Position numbers and translations under genes: made by a program. Positions 57,084-64,000 of a stretch of DNA of 64,000 bases are shown here, piece after piece. Below the pieces are notes generated by a model. It was not told the DNA's origin, made no database searches, and saw nothing but the letters and a program-made list of their open reading frames with translations. The stretch is from Parcubacteria group bacterium (lineage in GTDB: Bacteria > Patescibacteriota > Minisyncoccia > Moranbacterales > UBA2206): contig JBAYWF010000004.1 of NCBI GenBank assembly GCA_041674205.1, positions 26,721 to 90,720 on the forward strand, given 5' to 3'. Each line of letters starts with the position of its first letter. The first letter of the stretch is position 1.

Positions 57084-57458
57084 ATGTTAAAAATAAACCC
57101 AACTAACCGGATCATCTATTTTTTCCTGGCCCTATTCCTGGCTAGTTCCGCCTATTTGTTCGCCATCGATTCGCGCTATAATAACCCGGAATATAACACC
57201 GACTGGTATGCCGTGTCTTTCACCGACCCCAAATCCGACCGTCTGGATTTCGCCATTGAAAATTTCAGCTCCCGGACGGATTTCCATTGGGAAATCCTAG
57301 CCGACAACACGGAAAAGATTTCCCAAGGCGATGTTGAGATAAAAACCGGAGAAAGAAAAGAACTGAGCCCTTTGGGAAACGTGTCCGATAAAAAAATGAC
57401 CATCCGGGTTTCCACCGGAGAGAACGTGCAGGAAATCTATAAAAACATAAGGAACTGA
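57084..57458 (+). CDS. Hypothetical membrane-anchored protein
   Basis: N-terminal TM (IIYFFLALFLASSAYLFAI) then a soluble domain. Tight operon spacing with neighbours. Confidence 0.4.
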   Translation: MLKINPTNRIIYFFLALFLASSAYLFAIDSRYNNPEYNTDWYAVSFTDPKSDRLDFAIENFSSRTDFHWEILADNTEKISQGDVEIKTGERKELSPLGNVSDKKMTIRVSTGENVQEIYKNIRN

Positions 57459-57459
57459 T

Positions 57460-58581
57460 ATGGCTAACCCTAAAAAAATCCTCTTGGTCACGCGGCCCAT
57501 CGCTCCGCCTTGGGACGAGGCTTCCAAAAATTTCGCCTACTATCTGGCGCGCAATATTTCGGGCGTGGAAATCAACCTTTTGACCAACGGACTCGTACCG
57601 AATCTGCCGTCCAACGTACGCCAAAGGCCGATTTACACTTCCAACCGCCTTTCTTGGTTGCAACGCGCCCGCCTGTTGAAACTGATGCGCATCCGAAAAG
57701 ATTTCGATATCCTGCATTTTATGCTCACCCCTAACAAACTCAACGCGTTCGGTTTCAAAACTTTCATAAAAAACAAAAAGGCCCGCACCATCCAGACCAT
57801 TGCCACTTTGCGCGAAGACCTATTCCAAGACAAGGATTACGCAGGGATGCTTTTTGCCGATCTCATCATCACCTATTCGGACTATGCCAAAAACAAGCTC
57901 AACGGCCTGGGATTCAATAATGTCAAACGCGTCTATCCCGGAATCGACCTCGATTATTATTCACCGCGATTGAAAGACGCGGAGGCGATGGAAAAAATCG
58001 GAATTGCCAAGCAGGATTTCGTAGTGACCTATCCGGGGGAGTATGTCCGCCTAGGCGCGACTGACGACATCGTGGATATGGTAATCGGGAGCGCCGAAGA
58101 ACTCCGGAAAAGGAAAATCAAAATCGTCCTGGCCTGCCGCCTCAAAAATGACCCGGAAGCCATCCGCAAGAAAGCTGAAGTGATCGAACGCCTCCAAAAA
58201 AATTCCGTCCTGGACCGGATAATCTTCATAGATATTTTTCCTGATATGGCCGCCCTCTACAATCTGTCGGATGTGATCATTTTTCCAGTGCGGAATATGC
58301 GCGGAAAATTCGACGTGCCGTTGGCCGCCGTGGAACCGATGGCCTGCAAAAAACCGGTAATCGTTTCCGATCTGCCGATTCTCAAAGAATTCGCCAATGA
58401 AAAAAATTCCATCACCGTCCATGCCGGAAATACCCGGGAGTTGGCGGATGGGATCTTCGACCTGCAAGACCATCCGGAAAAAAGAAGCGCTCTCGGCGAA
58501 GGAGGACGCGAATTCTGCGAAGAAAATTTAGACATCAAGAAAGTCGCCGCCATCTATGGAAAAATTTACGAAAAATTATAA
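57460..58581 (+). CDS. Glycosyltransferase (GT4/GT1-like GT-B fold)
   Basis: C-terminal PLAAVEPMACKKPVIVSD motif of GT-B retaining transferases. Confidence 0.7.
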   Translation: MANPKKILLVTRPIAPPWDEASKNFAYYLARNISGVEINLLTNGLVPNLPSNVRQRPIYTSNRLSWLQRARLLKLMRIRKDFDILHFMLTPNKLNAFGFKTFIKNKKARTIQTIATLREDLFQDKDYAGMLFADLIITYSDYAKNKLNGLGFNNVKRVYPGIDLDYYSPRLKDAEAMEKIGIAKQDFVVTYPGEYVRLGATDDIVDMVIGSAEELRKRKIKIVLACRLKNDPEAIRKKAEVIERLQKNSVLDRIIFIDIFPDMAALYNLSDVIIFPVRNMRGKFDVPLAAVEPMACKKPVIVSDLPILKEFANEKNSITVHAGNTRELADGIFDLQDHPEKRSALGEGGREFCEENLDIKKVAAIYGKIYEKL

Positions 58582-60103
58582 GCCTTTAATCCGCCTAATC
58601 ATCCCATTTATGTCTTATCAAATCAAAAACCTATCCGCCCATAAAAAAGAATTCCAAACCGGACGGATGAAAGTGCCGGCCATCCTGCATGTTTCCGATG
58701 ACCTGATGCCTAGCGACGCCACGCTGGCTGAAATCGAAGGCGTCGCTTCCGATCCGCACGCCTTCCACCATATAGCCGCGATGAGCGACGTGCACAGCAA
58801 AAAAGGGCGCAAGAATCCCACCGGCACCGTCATCGCTTCCGAACACCATCTCTTGCCGCAAATCAACGACACCGCGCCTAATTGCGGGATGCGCTTCTTA
58901 AAAACCAATCTCACCGACGCCGACCTGGCTTCCGGAAATATCGACCGGCTATTCCAAGAATTGGTGCGCGCCATCCCCACCAAGGCATATGCCGGCACCA
59001 AAGTCCCCTATTCCCTGATAATGGATATCTGCCGCAAAGGCGTGGCGCCGGTCCGCGATTTTTTCAAAATGCGCACCAAAAATGAAATTGAAAACACTTT
59101 TTCCGGCGGCAATTTTTTCTCAGAAATTCCGACTGAAAAAGACATCCTCAACGCCATTCCGAAGTTATTCCTGCACATCGGCCGATACCGGCTGGGCATC
59201 TTGGGCGCCGCCGGCAACCATTTCCTGGACCTGATGAAAATCACCGAAATCCGCGATCCGGAAATCGCCGAAAAATTCGGTTTGAAAAACGGGCAATATA
59301 TCTTCCTCTTGCATACCGGCTCCGGGCTGCTGGGGCAATACGCTTCCTATCTCTACACTCCCAAACGGAAAGAACATTTGAGCCAGAAGGTCATCTTGGA
59401 AATCGGCAAATTCTTTTTCCAAACCGACTATAAAAAAGAATTCAAAGCCTTGTGGAAAAAAATCGAATCTTTCAAGGATGCCAAAGAATATTTTTCCTAT
59501 GACGACCAAAGCCTGGAAGGCCGGCTTTTCATCACTTCCCACAATGCCGCCGCCAACCAAGGTTATGCCAACCGCTCCATCCTCACCCATCAGCTGGATA
59601 TGGCGATTGAGAAGGTCCTGGGCAAAAATCCCGAACTTGATATGCTCTATGATATGCCCCATGTTTTCGTCCATCGTGAAAAAAACCATTTCGGCAAGGA
59701 CGTCTGGGTGCATCGCAATGGCACCGTACGCGCCAACGGTCCGTCCCGGATGAACCATCCGCTCTTTTCCCAAACCGGCGAACCGGTTTTCATCCCGTCT
59801 TCGATGAGCACCCCGGCCTATATCTGCGCCGGCACCGATGACAACCAATCCAGTTTCTTTTCAGCCAGCCATGGGACCGGCCGCCGGAAAAATCCTTTGG
59901 CTGACGCGTCACGCGACAAGGAAACGCTTTTCAAAAAAATGGAAAAAAACCATATCAAGCTTTTCAACGCCAAATCTTCAGGCGTCATAATGCAGGACAG
60001 TTCCTACTATAAAGACGTGGAGGAAGTCATCGCCGGTATGGAAGACAACCAGATCGTGAAAGCCGTAGCCAAAATGGAGCCGGTAGCGGTATTGATGTAT
60101 TGA
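58556..60103 (+). CDS. rtcB: RtcB-family RNA 3'-phosphate/5'-OH ligase (start probably at an internal Met such as MSYQ... or MKVPAIL...)
   Basis: AMSDVHSKKGRKNPTGTVIAS (metal-binding His region), APNCGMRF (Cys), AAGNHFLDL (GxGNHF), TSHNAAANQGYANR and ASHGTGRR (HGxGR) match RtcB motifs in order. Confidence 0.8.
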   Translation: MEKFTKNYKPLIRLIIPFMSYQIKNLSAHKKEFQTGRMKVPAILHVSDDLMPSDATLAEIEGVASDPHAFHHIAAMSDVHSKKGRKNPTGTVIASEHHLLPQINDTAPNCGMRFLKTNLTDADLASGNIDRLFQELVRAIPTKAYAGTKVPYSLIMDICRKGVAPVRDFFKMRTKNEIENTFSGGNFFSEIPTEKDILNAIPKLFLHIGRYRLGILGAAGNHFLDLMKITEIRDPEIAEKFGLKNGQYIFLLHTGSGLLGQYASYLYTPKRKEHLSQKVILEIGKFFFQTDYKKEFKALWKKIESFKDAKEYFSYDDQSLEGRLFITSHNAAANQGYANRSILTHQLDMAIEKVLGKNPELDMLYDMPHVFVHREKNHFGKDVWVHRNGTVRANGPSRMNHPLFSQTGEPVFIPSSMSTPAYICAGTDDNQSSFFSASHGTGRRKNPLADASRDKETLFKKMEKNHIKLFNAKSSGVIMQDSSYYKDVEEVIAGMEDNQIVKAVAKMEPVAVLMY

Positions 60104-60157
60104 AAATCCAAACGATGCCCACATAAAATAAAATCCGAGCTAGGGAGGGATATAGGT

Positions 60158-60358
60158 ATGATGCATATTTCCGTATGTTCTTTGGGTGATTATGACAAGC
60201 TTGTCGCATTCTTATCGAAGCATGACGAGCCGATCGCAAACAGCGACCGGGAAAGGATGGTGATAACCGCCGAAATTTCCGAGAAGTTCGTACATCGGAT
60301 ATATTCTGACGCGGATATCGAGGATGGGATATCGGTCTGGGAAACGGTATCCGATTAG
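60158..60358 (+). CDS. Small hypothetical protein
   Basis: GGGAGGG RBS 8 nt upstream. A strong terminator follows. Confidence 0.35.
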   Translation: MMHISVCSLGDYDKLVAFLSKHDEPIANSDRERMVITAEISEKFVHRIYSDADIEDGISVWETVSD

Positions 60359-60392
60359 CGACGCGCTGATGGGCGGACCAGCATCCATCTTC

Positions 60393-60421
60393 GCCTCAAC
60401 CTCGCGGTTGAGGCGTTTTTT
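60393..60421 (+). terminator. Rho-independent terminator
   Basis: gcctcaacctcgcggttgaggc hairpin followed by TTTTTT. Confidence 0.75.
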
Positions 60422-60555
60422 ATTCCAAAAAAAAGCCGGAAATCCCCTAAAAAAATATTGGCTTAGCCGCAAGTTTGTGTTATGATTTCGATATAAGCAT
60501 AACTGGACCATAGATAAATTGCGGCAGTCTATCGGCGATTTTCCAATAAAAAAAT

Positions 60556-61161
60556 ATGCACATAATCACCATTTCCGGACTGGATGGGTCAGGCAAATCC
60601 ACCCAGATCCAATTACTCAAATCCCATCTTGAATCGCAAGGCAGGCGGGTTTTTTATTTCCATGCCAACCGATTCAGCGTCAGCAATTTCTATAATATCC
60701 TCAGACCCCACAAGGTGATTTTGAAAAAACATCAGGAAAGCGTCAGCAAAGCCGGCTGGATCCAGATCCAGCTCCGAAAGCTGGCACTCCGAATCGACCT
60801 GTGGCGGTTCGGATCGTTAAGCGAAAAATTGCGCAATGAAAATTACGATTACATCCTTAGCGATCGGTTTTTCTGGGATAGCATCGTCAATATCCGATAT
60901 CTGGGGAGTAAGAATTTCAGGATTGGAAATCCGGAATTGGAAATCCGGAATTCGGTTTCATTCTATCTCGACACCGACCCGGAAGCGATCATGCGGCGTG
61001 AACGCCAGCCAGACCAAGGACTGCGCTATCTGATTGATAAAAAAAGATTGTATGATCAATATTTCCGAAACTTTCCCGGCGCCGAAATAATCGACGGCAA
61101 CCGTGACAAAGAAATAATTTTCGCTGAAATAAAAGAAAAGGTAGCGTGGGATCAAAGTTAG
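60556..61161 (+). CDS. Thymidylate-kinase-like P-loop nucleotide kinase
   Basis: IITISGLDGSGKSTQIQLL is the Tmk-type P-loop. DRFFWDS region. Confidence 0.55.
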   Translation: MHIITISGLDGSGKSTQIQLLKSHLESQGRRVFYFHANRFSVSNFYNILRPHKVILKKHQESVSKAGWIQIQLRKLALRIDLWRFGSLSEKLRNENYDYILSDRFFWDSIVNIRYLGSKNFRIGNPELEIRNSVSFYLDTDPEAIMRRERQPDQGLRYLIDKKRLYDQYFRNFPGAEIIDGNRDKEIIFAEIKEKVAWDQS

Positions 61162-61195
61162 GCACGATACTATATTATACACCTAAATCAATATT

Positions 61196-62716
61196 ATGTC
61201 AAGTATCGCAAAATCCGCCCTCTGGGTCACGGTTTCCGAAATCATCTTTAATCTGTCCGGTTTCATCATCCACAGCATCCTGGGACGCGTTTTGGGCCCG
61301 TCAGACTATGGCCGCTACGGACTCGTCATCACTCTTACCACGATGGTAATCGTACTTATTGGCAACGGCATCCCGACGGCTATGGCCAAATACATCAGCG
61401 AGATTTTCGAAACCGACCCGCGCCTGGTTTTGCGGATTAAAAAACAGGCTATCATCCTGCAAACTTTGATCGTCGGCACCATCACGGTCATTTTCTACGC
61501 CTGCACTGGTTTGATTTCCCAGGCGCTCGGCGATCCGACACTGGAACCGCTTTTCCGCTTTTCAACCCTGATCATCCCAGCTTTCGCCGCCGCCTCTTTC
61601 TATTTTTCCTATTACACCGGATTGCACCGGTTCAACACCCAAGCCACCCTTAAAACCATCCGCTCCGTTTTCCGCATCGCCTTCGTCATCGGCTTGGCTT
61701 TCATTTTCGGACTCAAGGGTTCGATTTCCGGCTATGTCATCGCACCTTTTTCCGTTTTCGCGATCGCCTATCTGATCGACAAATTCAAAGTCTCCCCGGC
61801 ACTGGAAAAACAACAAAAAAACTCCCCAGCCGGCAAAGCCGACTTCGATTGGCGCAAACTGGTCAACTACGGCTGGCAAGTGGTGGTTTTTTTCCTGGCC
61901 TACGAACTACTGATCAGCATCGATTTATATATGGTTCAGGCGATTTTGCGCGATGACGCCTTGACCGGAATCTATAACGCCTCCCTTACCGTCGGACGCA
62001 TCCCCTATTATATTTTTTACGCGATGACCGTCTTCCTATTGCCAATGGTTTCCAAAGCCAGCGTCAATGGCAATTTCAAGAATGCCAAAAACATCATCGA
62101 CAACGCCCTGCGCATTATGCTGATCTTGCTGGTGCCGATGATCGTCCTGATGTCCGCCTATTCGCAAGAAATCCTCCAGCTGCTCTACGGCCGGAAATAC
62201 CTGGCCGGAGCGGAACCGATGTCGGTGCTGGTCTATGGCGTCGGTTTCCTGACAATTTTTTATGTGCTCAGTTTCGCGATGAACGGCGCCGGCAAAACCA
62301 AGACGGCGATGTGGATCGCCTTCGCCGGCCTGACCCTGAACGTCGCGACCAACTATTTCTTCATCCGGAAACTGGGTATCCTCGGATCCGCTTATGCCAC
62401 GACTGCCACTTCTTTCGCCATTATGATCCTGATGCTTTATGGGACTAAAAAATATTTCGATGCCGGCCTCAGCCTCGGCGAGTCCGCCAAAGTCGCCCTC
62501 GCCGGCGCCTTCGCTTATCTGCTTGCCGCCCTGTTGCCCGCCGGAAGATATTCCTTTATCGCGGTCGGCCTCCTGATTTTCGCGGCTTATTTCTTCGTCC
62601 TATATGCCGCGAAAGGCCTGACCGAAAAAGACATAAATTACTTTATGTCTATGGTCAAAAAACGCAAAAAAACGGATGTTTCGCAGGAGCTTTCCGGCAA
62701 TGAACCCGGAGCTTGA
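61196..62716 (+). CDS. Polysaccharide-biosynthesis flippase (MOP/Wzx-like)
   Basis: 506 aa, about 14 TM helices, charged C-terminal tail. Sits in a glycan-assembly context. Confidence 0.65.
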   Translation: MSSIAKSALWVTVSEIIFNLSGFIIHSILGRVLGPSDYGRYGLVITLTTMVIVLIGNGIPTAMAKYISEIFETDPRLVLRIKKQAIILQTLIVGTITVIFYACTGLISQALGDPTLEPLFRFSTLIIPAFAAASFYFSYYTGLHRFNTQATLKTIRSVFRIAFVIGLAFIFGLKGSISGYVIAPFSVFAIAYLIDKFKVSPALEKQQKNSPAGKADFDWRKLVNYGWQVVVFFLAYELLISIDLYMVQAILRDDALTGIYNASLTVGRIPYYIFYAMTVFLLPMVSKASVNGNFKNAKNIIDNALRIMLILLVPMIVLMSAYSQEILQLLYGRKYLAGAEPMSVLVYGVGFLTIFYVLSFAMNGAGKTKTAMWIAFAGLTLNVATNYFFIRKLGILGSAYATTATSFAIMILMLYGTKKYFDAGLSLGESAKVALAGAFAYLLAALLPAGRYSFIAVGLLIFAAYFFVLYAAKGLTEKDINYFMSMVKKRKKTDVSQELSGNEPGA

Positions 62717-62723
62717 AACCTCC

Positions 62724-64000
62724 CTACTTCACCCTCAGATCAAAGACTGAGAATTGCCGGTACACGGCGCAGTTTTCAATTGCATATTTTTTCGAAACCT
62801 TGGAGGGCAATTCGCATTTTTCCTCGGCATTTCTCAGATAAAACAGCTGCGATCCGCCCGCTAATTTAACATCCTCGCTCAATTCGATCACTTCCAAATC
62901 CGATTTTTCCGCGATAAAACGCAATGATTTCAATGACTTAAAAAGATATCCGGCTTGCGCGTCCACGTACGCGGTCCGACTATCCGCGACGATATTATCC
63001 CGCATATATTCCACTATGAAATCGGCCTCGCCCAATGTGATATATTCGAAATCACCGTTGATTTCACGCCCGCCAAATTGCAAATCATGAAAAACTGAAA
63101 AATTCTTCTGCAAATTGAAAAATGAAGCCGAAACGACCAGCGCAATCGCTATCCAGCGCCTATCCGCTTTTTCCCATAAAAATTTCAGCCAGAATCCTAA
63201 AAGAAGGAACGGGACGAATTCCAAAATCAGGAAGAAACGCATCGACAATTCGGTCGCCCAAACTATGAAAAATAGGAAGGTCAGGATAACATAAGCAGCT
63301 GTCAATTTGGCAAAAAGATTCTTCTCTTTGTCTTCCCGCTTTTTTATCTCGCGGAACGCGAGATAATAGCCTCCGACGGAAAAGACCGCCGCTGCGATCA
63401 CATATACTAGGAAGACGGCCTTGTCGGCCAACGGGACGTTTTTACTATCCAATTTCTCCATCCGGTTTACAAGGTCGCCATAACCGCACTCTTCCTCATT
63501 GCCATAGGCGGCTAAAATGCCATAGTTAGCCCGGATATGGCAAGACACGTCCAAAGCGAAATTATCCAGCATACTGGTATTGCGTTCATTTTTCTCGGTG
63601 ACACTCAGGATGAAAGCGCGCGTATTTATTCCGCCCGACTGGAACTCGCTGGCGATTTGGGGCACATTAACCAGCAAGGTTCCGGCCATAACCGCGATGA
63701 CGCAACCTTTCGTAAGCGAACCGCTCCTCAAGAGATAGTATGCGAAAAACAGCGCGCCGATCGGCATAATTATCAATAGCGTGGTATGGAGCTGGATACC
63801 GATTCCCATCGCGATACCCGCTGTGGCCGCCCACCAAATTTTCTTGCCTCCCTGCGAATTGCCGATGCGATAGACGGCATAGAGGAAGAGCATCGTAAAA
63901 AACGGGGTTGAATTCGGATTCCAGGCGAAACGGGAATATTTTATGGCAAAATACGAAATTGAAAACAGCCAGGTCAGCGACAATGCTATATATCTGTTAA
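62724..64000 (-). CDS. Polytopic membrane protein, probable GT-C (ArnT/PMT-like) glycosyltransferase, C-terminal part; N-terminus beyond window end
   Basis: Reading frame open to position 64000. Multiple TMs plus a C-terminal soluble domain. Confidence 0.4.
   Translation of the reverse strand, partial: NRYIALSLTWLFSISYFAIKYSRFAWNPNSTPFFTMLFLYAVYRIGNSQGGKKIWWAATAGIAMGIGIQLHTTLLIIMPIGALFFAYYLLRSGSLTKGCVIAVMAGTLLVNVPQIASEFQSGGINTRAFILSVTEKNERNTSMLDNFALDVSCHIRANYGILAAYGNEEECGYGDLVNRMEKLDSKNVPLADKAVFLVYVIAAAVFSVGGYYLAFREIKKREDKEKNLFAKLTAAYVILTFLFFIVWATELSMRFFLILEFVPFLLLGFWLKFLWEKADRRWIAIALVVSASFFNLQKNFSVFHDLQFGGREINGDFEYITLGEADFIVEYMRDNIVADSRTAYVDAQAGYLFKSLKSLRFIAEKSDLEVIELSEDVKLAGGSQLFYLRNAEEKCELPSKVSKKYAIENCAVYRQFSVFDLRVK

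Overview
This 64 kb window is a gene-dense bacterial chromosome segment. It is moderately AT-rich with short intergenic gaps, many overlapping start/stop codons and weak Shine-Dalgarno signals. That style, and the gene content, are typical of small-genome Patescibacteria/CPR-like organisms, but this cannot be proven from sequence alone.

Housekeeping content:
- priA (N-terminal part only, 1-935, minus strand).
- A riboflavin module: riboflavin kinase, riboflavin synthase and lumazine synthase.
- gltX.
- Two M23 peptidases.
- An iscR-like/cysteine desulfurase/IscU operon.
- pyrH, rpmA, pyrG and rplI.
- A large cell-envelope glycan locus (44-64 kb): a CtpA protease, an LCP-family protein, four GT4 glycosyltransferases, one GT2, an NDP-sugar dehydrogenase, Wzy-like and Wzx-like membrane proteins, and a partial GT-C-like membrane protein at the window edge.

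Two accessory islands stand out.

(A) 7.2-14.1 kb: a divergent Cys/Met-metabolism PLP enzyme is followed by six tandem, mutually divergent paralogs of a methyltransferase-fold family. A seventh paralog sits in island B.

(B) 28.2-43.9 kb, all on the minus strand:
- Six full-length paralogs whose C-terminus is a PEP-utilising phosphohistidine swivel domain, fused to variable N-terminal domains of about 260-420 aa.
- At least three orphan 3-prime fragments of the same family.
- One stand-alone ~315-aa PEP-synthase/PPDK N-terminal ATP-grasp domain protein.
- Interleaved histidine-phosphatase-family and HAD-like proteins, a GGCT-like protein, a P-loop kinase and the methyltransferase paralog.

I read island B as a split, multiplexed phosphotransferase system built like rifampin phosphotransferase / PEP synthase. 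A single ATP-grasp loader would serve many substrate-specific swivel-domain proteins. I have not seen this arrangement described. It is the main candidate for a novel system in this window.

No rRNA, tRNA or CRISPR array was detected by eye. Other observations:
- Duplicated gene 5-prime-end fragments flank two cargo genes near 0.9-2.9 kb.
- A Cas4-like Fe-S PD-(D/E)XK nuclease stands alone.
- An RtcB RNA ligase is embedded in the glycan locus.
- Several palindromic candidate operators and terminators are listed under features and findings.
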